A stretch of 64,000 bases of DNA from Leucoraja ocellata (Eukaryota). Below the pieces are notes generated by a model. It did no database searches. It saw nothing but the letters and a program-made list of their open reading frames with translations, and had not been told where the DNA came from. Positions 51,061-63,220 of this stretch are shown in pieces (position 1 is the first letter of the stretch; every line of letters begins with the position of its first letter). The position numbers and the translations under genes are program-made. The stretch covers positions 4,774,001 to 4,838,000 of the forward strand of contig JAWMAR010000085.1 in the NCBI GenBank assembly GCA_036785375.1. Direction: 5' to 3'.

Positions 51061-52301
51061 ACACAGTTGAGGGGTAGAATATTGTGTTCACTGATTCCTT
51101 TTCATTCACGGTACTTAATATGAAATCTTATCCTTATTCGTACACCCGTCAGTGGCATAGTTCTGTCTCCAGTTCAAATTTCCTCAGCCCTCTTGGTATT
51201 CCTGAATGCTTCAATGATTTGGTTCTAGTCTCTTTTCCCTCTGGTACACTCTGGAATCCCTTTACGTCTCTATCTTTTCTCACCTTTAAATACCTGTTTG
51301 AAACCATCTTGGAAAGACTATGGATTCTGAGAAAGCAGCTCATAAATTAAATTCAATGCTGCTGTTAACAAGTCTTCGCCACCCCCTCTCAGTCAACATC
51401 AATACGTATCATCCATTTTCACATGGAAAGCAAATAATGCTGGAATCTGAAACAAAAATAGAAATTAACATCCATAGAAAAAAAAACAGGTAACATTTTG
51501 AACAGTGCTGTATAACTTTCTGACCGGAAACGTTAACTGATTGCCCTGTCTACAGATTCTGCTTGACTAATTGTGTTCTACCAGAAATTGTTTCTGATCC
51601 ATTTTTACTTGTTCTCCTCCTTTTCACAGACATTTGCTTTGTTCTCCTGAGCCATCCCACTTTTCTACAATTTAAAACATGCCTTTTCCCCATGGTGATA
51701 AAAACTCTTGACAAAACATTACCTCCCATGCCTTCGTAGATGCTGTCTGACCTTCTAGGATATTTTTAACATTTTCTTTTATTTCATGCTATAGAATGAA
51801 TGGGACAAAATGTGTTAAGATAAATATAACAGAATGTAAACAAACTAAGCATTACAAACAGGGAAAATGTTGGCATGCAAGCTGCATGAATAATAAACCA
51901 GGTAATGCTGAACGTGATCGCAATCTTTGAAAACATGGGCACCATTTTGTCTGTGCATCCATTCGGTGGTTATTTAAAATTATTCATCTTTCTCACCCGT
52001 TGCAGCCAGGATCCCACTGTACACAATTAAACTCTGCTCGCCAGAAGCGGTTATAAGAAGATTAGCATCAAATACATTGTTGATTATTATTCTTTAAAGA
52101 AGTAAATATATTTCTTTTTTTTTCCATATTACCTATATGTGACATCATTTATTTTAGCAATTGACTCTTAAATGCCTCCTTGGGAATCAGCTGACAAATG
52201 TATACTAGGTGAACATTTGCAAAGCACGTGTGCTCTGTCCTGAACAGTCATTTTGAGCTTCCAGTTGCATCACCTTTCCCATTCCCACACCCGCATTGAT
52301 C

Positions 52302-52495
52302 TGTAAGAAAGAACTGCAGATGCTGGTTTAAGTCGAAGGTAGACACAAAATGCTGGAGTAACTCAGCGGGACAGGCAGCATCTCTGGAGAGAAGAAATGG
52401 GTGACGGTTCAGGTCTCGACCCAAAACATCACCCATTCCTTCTCGCCAGAGATGCTGCCTGTCTCGCTGAGTTACGCCAGCATTTTGTGTCCACC
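52302..52495. mobile_element. PLE-derived hairpin element
   Basis: 52343-52405 is the reverse complement of 52428-52491; flanks GCA(T/C)TGA(T/C)CTGT. Confidence 0.75.
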
Positions 52496-54382
52496 AGCAC
52501 TGACCTGTCCATTGCCATAATGAGGCCAAACACCAACTAAACGTACAAGATTTCAGTACAAGATTTCATATTTTGCTTGGATAGAACCCTCCATCTTACT
52601 CTTATACACTGGCTGTATCCTCTTGAAACCCAGTCCTGCTGCAGGGTCATGATCTGAAATGTCGACCATCCTATCACCTCCGCAGATACTGTGAGACCCC
52701 ATGAGTTCTTCCAGTTAATTATTTTTAGTATGAAGCGATTATTGTAAATTGCAGTAAGAGTAAAACCAGTTAAACCACTTAGTATGGCTCTCAGGATCAG
52801 ATTCAACAAATGCCACACCCAATTAGCAATGCGGTTTAACCGATCAGTCAAAGAAGAGTTTGACATAATTATATCTGTTCAACTGTAACTTTTAACCAAT
52901 GGTCTAAATGTTTCCATCACTACTGTATATCCTGCAATGACAAGAAAAACCTAACAATCACTGCTCTGGAGTTCCCCTTTCCTGACAGTAGAGTCCCTGT
53001 GAGACACCTCTGTAACATAACTCTCCCAACTATCTTCAGTTGCCAGTCCGTCTCTGGACCACAGGATTTTATTAAATAGGTTCCTACTACTTTCCACAGT
53101 GTAGCATTTAAAAGATATGCGGGTGTTGAAACATGGAGCAAAAAGAGTAAATTAGAAGGCAAGGGTGGTAATGATTGAACTGCACAAGGCTATGATCACC
53201 TTCCACTTTGAATATGGACACTACTTACATTTCACAATACTGGGAAAAGTATATACAGTAAGATGTAAAGATAGGCTAATAACCTGGTTTACATGAACAG
53301 AAAGTGTAGTGCACCTATTATTGGTATGCATACAAATGATTAAATTTAACATTTGCTTCTGACGAGTCCCCCTGACAAAACAAGAAATTGGTCACATAAA
53401 TAGGGTTGGGATGATTTCAACTATAAGCACCAAAATGAAAGGCCACGAAAGAGGGGGTAGTACTCCCAAAATGACTTAAAGGGAAAGAGAAACATGAATC
53501 AATTAAACATAGGGCAAGAGGAAAGTGTGCAGGTTGCAGAAGATTCAGCAGGCCCATGTACCATCCCAACAAGACGAGGCCACAGTAATCTTTACCATAG
53601 TAAAACCCCACATAACAGAGCAATTCTAAAGGAAATTTTAAGTCATCAAAAGGCATGCTGTGCACCACTGTTTCCATATGCATGGTGACATCGTCAAAGT
53701 AAAACCCATTTGTGAGGAACTCTTAGTTCCTTAAGTTGGCATGCAACAGAAAGCAAAGATACTGTAACCATTAAAGCGATGGGAGTAGAGATTCATTCAC
53801 TCATTATATTCATGGACATGCACAGTAGGTTGGATTTTATACCTCCGGGGTCTCCAGGTTAATTATTGGTGTTAAGGATTGTAATGGGGTTAGTGAGGTC
53901 CAGGTTGGATCTGGTCTCTCTGAAGGCTGTAGGTAGAGGTTTTGGATAGACCCAATGATTTGTGGGTGGCCAGCCATTGTCTTAAAATGACTCCTCCAAA
54001 ATGGAGGTCCCTAACAACAGAATGACACTACAAAGGCAAAATGCTGTAAAAGGCACTCCATGTGTTTTAGCGCACGCCGTGGATTTTGCAAGGGGTGTGG
54101 ACAACTGTAAATGCTCATTCATATCTGCTGGTGTTAGCAGTGTCCTGTTAAATAATGACATTATTAAAAAAAACTAACGCAACAAACGTTCTATTGAGAA
54201 TGTGCCATGATAGTCATAGTGTAAAATCTTTGGCTTCAATTTATGATAGTACCAGAGGAAACATGCAATGCACTGCTGGTGATGTCATTAATGTGTGGTT
54301 GACCCCAGGAAATAGTCAACTGCACACCTATGTATTGTCCCCATGGAAACACCAGATCCATTTTATATGATTGGCACAATTC

Positions 54383-54646
54383 TGTAGCGCCTTCACCCCC
54401 ACGTTAGTTTTGCATACAGCCTGTCACCGCTGGCCACTCGCCAGCAACCTCATGAGAAGGTCAGCCACAAGCGCTCAATAACAACTCCAAGGTCAGATGC
54501 ACTAATTGGCCTTATCTGCACACGGGTTATGATTGGTGAGAATGTAGCTAAAAGGGGCTTCTGGAATAAACGGGACACAAGGTGTCTGGCTCAGCTAAGT
54601 GTCGTTTGTTCTTTGCTCTCCGTCGTGGGATTCAGTAGATCCTACA
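54383..54646 (+). mobile_element. Probable solo LTR (264 bp)
   Basis: TGTAG...CTACA inverted termini; ATTGG boxes, TATA-like TAAAAGG, AATAAA; flanks ATTC/ACTC (4-bp TSD with one mismatch). Confidence 0.65.
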
Positions 54647-55354
54647 ACTCTACCAAGAAATGATAGAGTTATTTCACAGTCTACTCAAGGTGAAATCTAA
54701 ACAAAATTGCTAAGAGCCTGAAAAAAAACAAATTTCTTGGCTGCATGAAGAAAGATGATAAAATCTACATTATTTTGGCTTGGAAAGGAGAGATCTAAGA
54801 GGTGACCTTGAAGTAAAGAACAAGAAATACAAGAAAATAATAATTAGCTGTGAATGTTACATTAACTTCAATGGTGGGAATAAAACCTATAACGTAAGTT
54901 TCATTGTCAGTATAACAAGATTAATAAGTGTCCTGGAACAACATGAGCGTGTCTGTGCATGTTTGAAGGAGGCAATTAATGGCACAGAGCACCACATTTT
55001 ATTTAGCCACAGTACCACCTACTTCTGCTTTGTACAATGCACGAACACTTTATAGTACATTTAGTCTTGTGCCCATCCTATATCTAATATATTATTTATT
55101 TCTCTTAAGGTTCCAAATGGAACCATGCATGATTTTCCCACATTCATAATCTACACTGAAAATATATGAACGTTTCAAACTTGTTCGTTACAGCAGGATT
55201 AGTGTTTTGCCTCCAGCATTTCTGATTATCAATGACAAATCATCAGGAGCAGTCAGGAGCTTCAAGAGCTGTTGGCAGAAATAACTTCGCCCATGACCTC
55301 AGAACCTTCAAATTCCCGCTGAGTGCAAGTAACACCGCAAAGATCTTCCTACCC

Positions 55355-55670
55355 TTATCCTCCATTCCCTCTCATTCCTCCAGCACTCCCTCTCCTCTTC
55401 ACCCTCCCCCTTCTTTCCCCTCTCCTCTTCCCCTCCCCCACCCTCCCTCACCACTCCCTCCCTCTCCTTCCCCCTATCCTCAGTCACTCCCTCCCTCCAT
55501 AACCTCTCTTCCCTCTCCCCCTCTTCTCCCTCTATCCCCCTCTTCCCCTACTCCTCACCTCCCCCCTATCCCACCCCCCACTCTCCCTCCTTACCTCCCC
55601 CACTGGCCTCCTCTCCCTCTATCCCCCAGTCCCTACCACCCCCATCCCCCCCCTCTTCTCATATCCCCTC
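55355..55670 (+). repeat. C/T-rich low-complexity tract
   Basis: Nearly pure pyrimidine strand (CCCTCTCCC-like units). Confidence 0.85.
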
Positions 55671-55671
55671 T

Positions 55672-56620
55672 GATATGCCCAGGATACAGCAGATGCTTCT
55701 CAGGTGGAAGGTGTTGAGTCTTCTCTCCTGCCTGGCATATGTAGTTCATGTCTCACTGCCGAACAGCAGCGTGCTGTTGACACAGGCGTTGTAGACTGTA
55801 TCTTTGTCTTCACTCTCAGCTTTAGGTTGGTCCACACTCGAGTTGTGAGGCGAGCGAGAGTTGTAGCTGCCTTCCCGATCCTCTTATCAATCTCTGTGTC
55901 CAAGGAGAGGTTGTCGGTGATGGTGGAGCCGAGGTACGTGAACTGATGGCATCAAGTTGGTAGTCGTCGATGGTGATGACAGGCGGCGCCTCTGTATCCT
56001 GCCCCAAGACGTTCGTCTTCTTCAGGCTGATGGTCAGCCCGAAGTCCTTGCAAGCTCGATAGAAGCGGTCCATCAGTGACTGTAGTTCCTGCTGGGTGTG
56101 GGACACAACTGCAGCATCATCGGCAAACAATGATGAGAGCTTCATGTACTATTGTCTTTGCTCTAAGGCGGGTGAGGTTGAAGAGCCTGCCATCTGATCT
56201 AATATGCAGATTGATCCCCTCTGTTGCAGTGCCGAAGGCAGGTTTCAGGAGCAGAGCGAAGAAAATCCCAAAGTGTGTGGGAGCGAGGACGCAGCCTTGT
56301 TTGACGCCACTGAGGATGTCGAAGGGCTCCGAGAACCTGCCATTAAACTACACTGCCCCCTTCGTGTTGATGTGGAAGGATTCTATCAAGCTCTGCAGTT
56401 TTTGTGGGCTGCCGATCTTTGGCAGAGCCTTAAATAGGCCATCTCTGTTGACGAGATCGAATGCGTTGGTGAGGTCAATGAAAGCAACATACAGGGGCAT
56501 CCGCTGTTCTCTGAACTTCTCCTGGAGTTGGCGAATGGAGAAGACCATGTCTACTGTTGACCTTCTAGCTTGGAAACCGCACTGTGACTCTGGGTAGACA
56601 TGTTCTGCCACCTTCTGCAG
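55672..56620 (-). mobile_element. RTE-clade LINE RT fragment
   Basis: YPESQCGFQARRSTVDMVFSIRQLQEK...AFIDLTNAFD, GVKQGCVLAP, LFADD; frameshifted. Confidence 0.92.
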
Positions 56621-56999
56621 ACGTATAGAGTATCCGAAGCATCTGGAAACAAAAGGGAACAATTTAAACCCAGCCCACTAAATGGGAATTGGCTGGATAC
56701 CTGTGCTTTGATTTTACACTCTCAGCACATATTTCAAATTTTGACCAGCAATGTTTTGTTTGGATATAAACTAACAGTAATATTTGGTAAATATTGGTCT
56801 TCAGTGTTGTTAGTTTTCTTTCTATTGGTGAAATGTTTGAACCATTTGTCCTGATGTCTCAAGATATCCAGTAAAATAGAATGTCCATGTATAGCTCACT
56901 CAATTTAGAACACTGACATTTTTAATATAAGTGAGGTTTAACACAAGGATGTATACAACTTCAGTTCGATAAAATTGACTCAATTTTATAATGACCCAG

Positions 57000-57665
57000 G
57001 GAATGTGGGAAGGGGTGAGTTAACCAGGGAGTTGCAGAGGGAACGGTCTCTACAGAAGGCAAAAAGGGGTGGAGATGGGTCGATGTGACTTGTGTTGGGA
57101 TTACGTTGGAGGTGGCGAAAAATTTGGAGGATTATGTGTTATTTGCGATGGTTGATGGGGTGAAAGGTAAGGACTAGGGGGGCTCTGTCTCGGTTGCAAC
57201 TAGGGGGAGGGGGAGCAAGGGCGGAGCAGCAGGGTACCATGGAGACACAAGTTAGGGCCTCATTTATGATGGGAGAGGGGAACCCTCATTCCCTAAAGAA
57301 TGAAAACATCTCGGATGTCCTGGTATGGAACATCTAATCTTGGATGCAGATGCGGCGTAGACGGAGGAATTGGGAGTAGGGGATAGAGTCTTTGCAGGAA
57401 GCAGGGTAGTCGAGATAGTTGTGGGAGTCAGTGGGATTGTAATAGACGTCAGTCAATAGTCTATTTCTTGTGATGGGGACTGTTAGATCATGAAAGGGGA
57501 TGGAGGTGTCAGAGATGGTCCATTTGTATGCAGGATAGAAATTGGTGGTGAAGTTGATGAAGTCCATGAGTTCTGCATGGGTGCAGGAGGTAGCACCGAT
57601 GCAGTCGCCAATGTAATGCAGATAGAGTTTGGAGATAGGGCCAGAGTATGCCTGCAGCAGGGACT
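57000..57665 (-). mobile_element. Penelope-like RT/thumb fragment
   Basis: LHYIGDCIG (YIDD), FINFTTNF, TDVYYNPTDSHNYLDY...SIPYSQFLRLRRIC. Confidence 0.9.
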
Positions 57666-57669
57666 AAAC

Positions 57670-58425
57670 ATGGTCTGGGTTGAATGTACAATGGCTCACA
57701 AAGCAGGAGGTGAAGCATTATTTCAAACATTACAAGATCTTAGACACAATAATAAATCAGTGGGAAGTATTACATTTGTGCTCACTGGAGCTTTTTGTCA
57801 CTTGCTACCAGTAATTTCACGACGTACTAAAGCAGAAGTATTGAAAGCCTATATTAAAGTATCATAAATTTGGGAAAATGTTAAATGATTGTAATTGAAG
57901 ACTAATTTGCAAGTGCATTTGACAGGCGATCCATCTGCTAGAAAGTTTGCATCAAATTTACTTACATTCGAAAATGGGGAAATTAAGCATGAAGACTCTA
58001 CAGGAATTAATTTGATGAAAAACCTGAGCTAAATTGTTCCATCACTTTTCGATCAGATACAAGCTGTTTTCCCAAATGACACGCAAAACTATTTAAATTA
58101 TCACTGATGGCGTGAAAGAGCACATTTAGCACCAAAAGATGAGGCAGCAAAAGCCATGAATAAAAACGATCCTTCAAAGCTTCTCACTCAATCCGTATAC
58201 TATAAATCTGTTGACAGTGTGACTCACATCGATAAAGCTGTAACATTTCCTGTTTAATTTTTAAACTCTGTCAGCTCCTGTCATCACATAATCTTGAACT
58301 AAAAGGAGCTCCAATCATGTTCCAAAGGAAATAGCATTCACCAATACTATACAACGACACAAAGTGATCAGTTCAGTAATTATTACATTTTAACAAGATA
58401 TGCAGGGCAAACCTTTTACATAAGA
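57670..58425 (+). pseudogene. Helitron PIF1-like helicase fossil
   Basis: VWVECTMAHK (motif II), EALFQTLQDLR, LTGAFCHLLPV (GDFRQ.LPV), ERAHLAPK, YKSVDSV, LELKGAPIM; several stops. Confidence 0.85.
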
Positions 58426-60204
58426 ATGTCAGTGGTGGTGGTGGAGGTAGATACAACAATGGCATTTGAAGCTTTTGGATCAGGAAACATGGACGTCTAC
58501 AAGGCAGAGTCCTACCGACTGCGAAGGGCGGTGAAGGACGCAAAGAGAAGGTACAGAGACAAGATGGAGTTACAGATGGAGCAGCAGGACACCAGAAGCC
58601 TGTGGCAGGGGCTACGGATTGTAACCAACTACCGGAGCACCCCTCCCTCATCCGCAAGTGCCGGCACCTCCCTAGCTGATGACCTGAACTCCTTTTACGC
58701 TCGTTTCGAGAGGGGCAACGCCACTCCAGGTCTGCCGACTATCGACAATACTGCCAGCGGGCTGGCCACCGAAGCTGAAGGGAGGAATGTGCACACATTC
58801 TCGCTGTCCGAGCATGACGTGAGGAGGGCTCTGACACGGGTGAACACGAGAAAAGCTGCAGGCCCTGATGGCATCTCGGGGCTAGTACTCAAGACCTGTG
58901 CTACGCAGCTAGCTCCAGTGCTCACTACATTATTCAACCTCTCCCTGGACAAGTCCGTGGTCCCTGCCTGCTTCAAAAAATCCATCATTGTACCGGTACC
59001 AAAAAATGCCTCCCCAGCCTGTCTGAATGACTACCGTCCGGTGGCCCTTACCTCGGTAGTCATGAAATGCTTTGAGAGGCAGGTGAAGAAACACATCTGC
59101 GCCTTCCTCCCTCGGAACATGGACCCGTTGCAGTTTGCATACCGTCCGAACAGATCCACGGACGATGCGGTCTCCCAGGTCTTGCACACCGCTCTCTCCC
59201 ATCTGGACAGCCAGAAGGGGGGCTACGTGAGGATGCTGTTCATAGACTACAGTTCAGCCTTCAACACGATAGTCCCCACCAGACTGGCCGGGAAGCTAAT
59301 GGAATTGGGGCTCAACACCTCCCTGTGTGCCTGGGTCCTGGACTTTCTCACCGCCAGGCCCCAGGTAGTCAAGATGGGAGGGAATACATCGAAGTCCCTC
59401 ACCCTGAGCACAGGATCGCCCCAGGGTTGCGTCCTCAGCCCCCTATTGTACTCCCTGTACACACATGACTGTGTGGCTAGGTTCAGCTCCAACTCAATAA
59501 TTAAGTTTGCTGATGACACTGTGGTGGTGGGCCTGATCTCAGACAACGACGAGAAGGCCTACCGGGAGGAGGTGGCTGATCTAGCACTCTGGTGCCAGGA
59601 GAACAGCCTCCTCTTGAACATCAAAAAAACGAAGGAGCTGATCATGGACTTTAGGAGGGCACATCATCCGAGGACGTACACTCCATTGAGGATAAATGGG
59701 GATCCTGTGGATAGGGTGAACTGTTTTAAATATCTGGGAGTCCACATCTCCGAGGATATGACATGGGCATCACACGCCTCAGCACTCGTGAGTAAGGCAA
59801 GGCAGCGCCTTTACCACCTCAGGCAATTGAGGAAATTCAGAGTGTCTCCGAGGATCCTCCAGTGCTTCTACGCAGCGGCGGTGGAAAGCATCTTGTCCGG
59901 GAACATTACCATCTGGTTTGGGAATTGCTCTGCCAAGGACAAGAAGGCTCTGCAGAGAGCAGTGCGTTCGGCCGAGCGCACTATGGGAACTTCACTTGCC
60001 CCCCTGCAGGAACTATACATCAGGAGGTGCAACTCCAGAGCCAACAATATCATGATAGACCCCTTCCGCCCCTGCAATGGACTGTTCCAGCTGCTACGGT
60101 CAGGCAAACGCCTCCGTTGCCATACGGTGAAAACGGAGAGGTTGAGAAGGAGTTTCTTCCCAGAGGCCATTCGGACTGTAAACGCCTATCTCACCAGGGA
60201 CTAA
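58426..60204 (+). CDS. Rex1/Babar reverse transcriptase ORF (no endonuclease domain; first ~17 codons from the flank)
   Basis: KAAGPDG, NDYRPVALTS, DPLQFAYR, FIDYSSAFNT, GSPQGCVLSP, KFADD, KYLG; 592 codons without a stop. Confidence 0.88.
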   Translation: MSVVVVEVDTTMAFEAFGSGNMDVYKAESYRLRRAVKDAKRRYRDKMELQMEQQDTRSLWQGLRIVTNYRSTPPSSASAGTSLADDLNSFYARFERGNATPGLPTIDNTASGLATEAEGRNVHTFSLSEHDVRRALTRVNTRKAAGPDGISGLVLKTCATQLAPVLTTLFNLSLDKSVVPACFKKSIIVPVPKNASPACLNDYRPVALTSVVMKCFERQVKKHICAFLPRNMDPLQFAYRPNRSTDDAVSQVLHTALSHLDSQKGGYVRMLFIDYSSAFNTIVPTRLAGKLMELGLNTSLCAWVLDFLTARPQVVKMGGNTSKSLTLSTGSPQGCVLSPLLYSLYTHDCVARFSSNSIIKFADDTVVVGLISDNDEKAYREEVADLALWCQENSLLLNIKKTKELIMDFRRAHHPRTYTPLRINGDPVDRVNCFKYLGVHISEDMTWASHASALVSKARQRLYHLRQLRKFRVSPRILQCFYAAAVESILSGNITIWFGNCSAKDKKALQRAVRSAERTMGTSLAPLQELYIRRCNSRANNIMIDPFRPCNGLFQLLRSGKRLRCHTVKTERLRRSFFPEAIRTVNAYLTRD

Positions 60205-60393
60205 CTCTACTGAACGTTTTTCCTTCCATTATTTATTATGTAAAAGAATATGTGTGTTCTGATTGTGTTTATAGTTGTTTGGTTGTTTGTCTTTTGCATA
60301 AAAGTCCGCGAGCATTGCCACTTTCATTTCACTGCACATCTCGTATGTGTATGTGACAAATAAACTTGACTTGACTTGACTTGACTTGACTTG
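58481..60393 (+). mobile_element. Young 5'-truncated Rex1/Babar LINE inserted into a CR1 3' end
   Basis: Uninterrupted ORF, (ACTTG)n tail, TTGGAT at both junctions; CR1 sequence flanks it on both sides (58428-58480, 60394-60527). Confidence 0.92.
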
Positions 60394-60883
60394 GATAGGC
60401 ACATGGATATAAAGAGAATTAAGGGAAATGGATCACGTGCAGACAGAGGAGATTAGTTTAACTTGACATCATGTTCAGTGTGGACATTGTGGGCTAAGTA
60501 TGTGCTGTACATTTCTATGTTCTATGTAAGTGAGATGACAATAATGACTCTATTGTGGAAAATGTCTTCATCCCTCAGATATCATCCCATCTGATGGACT
60601 TTAAGTGATTTCAGTTCTCTTTTTAACTAGTTTTGCTCTGAGCATTAACAAGGCCCAAGGATATTGATCAAGGCTGGTTGGCCTTAATCTAAAAACGTTA
60701 TGCTTTTCCCCTGTGCTGGTTGCTCCATAGTAGGAGGTAAAAATAATCTATACATTTACGCTGGGTGGAAAAGCAAGAAATACATTGTATTTTGAAGCAC
60801 CTCAACACTGAAAACAAGTAAATGTACACATTATGCATAGGTACATAACCTACTAATATGTACAACTATATCAAGTGCAAAGG

Positions 60884-61062
60884 TGTAGAAAGGAACTGCA
60901 GATGTTGGTTTATACTGAAGATAGACACAAAGTGCTGGAATAACTCGGTGGGTCAGGCAGCATCTCTGGAGAAAATGAATGGGTGACATTTCTGGTCGGG
61001 ACCCTTGTTCAGATCCTGCTGCTTGACCTGCGGAGTTACTCCGGTACTTTGAGTATCTTCTA
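60884..61062. mobile_element. PLE-derived short element
   Basis: Same GGAACTGCAGATG...GGCAGCATCTCTGGAG module with a partial inverted copy. Confidence 0.7.
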
Positions 61063-61848
61063 TATTAAATGTAATTTTTGTACACATATTTATTTTCACT
61101 GTGTATGCTATTAATGATAATCTAGTTAAACTACTTAATTTTAACGCCGTAATTATATTATTTGTGATATAATTATCTGAGTAATATTCCACTTCATTTA
61201 CAGGGAGTGGTTTAATAAATGTAAACATCATAATTAGCAGCATAATGACTCACACAATGCAGAACAAAGCAGCTGGGATATAAAACATATCCTAGGGTCA
61301 AGGGTAAAATTACCCCCTAAATTTTTCATTGGATAAAATTCTGCAGAGGTCTGCTTAGTTTCACATGGAACTGTTGGCAATTTCTTACATTAGTGCAGCA
61401 AGCGTGAGATTTCTATTGGTGTGTGCATGAATATGGAAGTCCTTAACTTTATGAGCTGCTCAGTGGGAATATTACAACTGGACTACACATAGTATTCAAT
61501 AGAAGAGGAACAGCATCTCCATACATTTCAATGGAGAAGATTATGAGAAACAAAGGGAAATGTTAGATAGACACAAAGTGCTAGAGCAGATGTTGCCTGA
61601 CCCGCTGAGTTGCTCCAGCACTTTGTGTTTATCTTCGGTATAAATCAGCATCTGCAGTTTCTTCCTACACAAAGGATATGTTAATTTGTTTTACAAGTTT
61701 TTGAATAATTTTAGTTTATTTAAGTTTAAATACTAGTAAATGTTTTAAGTCATGATATTTTTAAACTTCTAATAATTTTCCCAAGTTCATTTTTTTTAAG
61801 TGTTTTTGCTTCATAGATTTGAATATTTTTGAATGTTACAAAATGTCA

Positions 61849-62356
61849 TGGCTCGTTTTCACGGGGCGACTTGACGCAAGATGTAGCCAGAGTGGAGTGG
61901 TCGTGGTCTAGCACGATATCACACGATATAACGGGGGTAGAGTAAAGAGTTCCCACGGTACTCGGCAATTCTGTCATTTGTGCGAGTGACTTGTCTGTCT
62001 CCCGATCTTTCCCGAATGAACATCGTGGACTGTAGTGTAGTTAATCACATGGCACAAATGATGTTACTTTGTTGTCACACACTATATTAATGAGCTGAGG
62101 AATAATCTGTTTTTTTAGACAAATGTTGTTTGGTGTGATGCACCTTCTCTCAATATGTGCAAGAAGTCGTCTTTTTATTTTGTCAAATATGAATAAACAC
62201 TGTATCTCACATTGACCGTGATTATTGTGTTATTTTATGATCTACTGAGAGGTGAAACTTTCAGCCCGAAACGCCACCCGTTCCTTCTCTCCAGAGATGC
62301 TGCCTGTCCCGCTGTTGCTCCAAGCAACTGGTGTCTATCTTCAAAGGACTGAGCAG

Positions 62357-62399
<43 letters not shown>

Positions 62400-63220
62400 G
62401 CCCAGCCTCTCATCTTTCAATCGGGTTTGGCCAGGAAGGAACTGCAGATGCTGGATTAAAACGAAGATAGACACAACATGTAGCTCAGCGGGACAAGCAG
62501 CATATCAGAAGGGTCTCGACCCGAAATGTCACCCATTCCTTCTCCCCAAAGATGCTGCCTGCCGTCGAACTCATTCTCTTTAAACCGGCATCTGCTGTTC
62601 CTTCCGAAACATACACAAAAAATAAGCAACTTTTCGGGCCGAAACGTTGCCTATTTCCTTCGTTCCATAGATGCTGCTGCACCCGCTGAGTTTCTCCAGC
62701 ATTTGTGTGTGTGGGTGGGAGTTGGGGGGGGGGGGGGTAGAGAGATAAGGCAGCCTGAGGAAAGGCTCGCCTGTCAATTTCCCTCCGTAGATGCTGCCTG
62801 GCCCGCGGAGTTCCTCCAGTTAGAAACTGCTTTCAGACAAAAAGAGACACACTGACATTAATGAAATGCTTGTAGCTAGTTTTATTAGATTTGTATGTAA
62901 ATAGCAAACTGGCTGGATTCACTCTATCCAACTTCCGGGTTCACCGTTCGCAGGAGTTCCCACAGTGACCGCAAGAGATACTACGGATATCTCATGGGAC
63001 ACTTCGTTCATAAAATGTTGCAATGCTCAACCACAAGTGCACAAGTCACTCTTGGACAAATTCAAACATGTTTGAATTTTCTCCCGAGTACCCAAGGTAC
63101 ACGATTACCTGCCGTTAGCGCCACGGTGGTCCACGAATGCCGTATTGTTACCGCACGAGGTTCCCACGATGTCAAACTCTGGTTACCTCTTGCGTCAAGT
63201 CGCACCGTGAAAAAGGGGTT
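61849..63220. mobile_element. PIF/Harbinger-type non-autonomous element with nested PLE pieces (62250-62820)
   Basis: TIR TTTTCACGG(G/T)GCGACTTGACGCAAGA.GTA.CCAGAGT at both ends; 3-bp TSD TCA (61846-61848, 63221-63223). Confidence 0.85.
62359..62396 (+). repeat. (CT)n microsatellite
   Basis: Direct reading. Confidence 0.95.

Noticed and set aside
55232-55717. 161-aa Pro/Ser-rich ORF with AHDLRTFKFPL resembling helicase motif Ib
   Set aside because: Mostly the C/T-rich tract; the motif similarity is too short to support a call.
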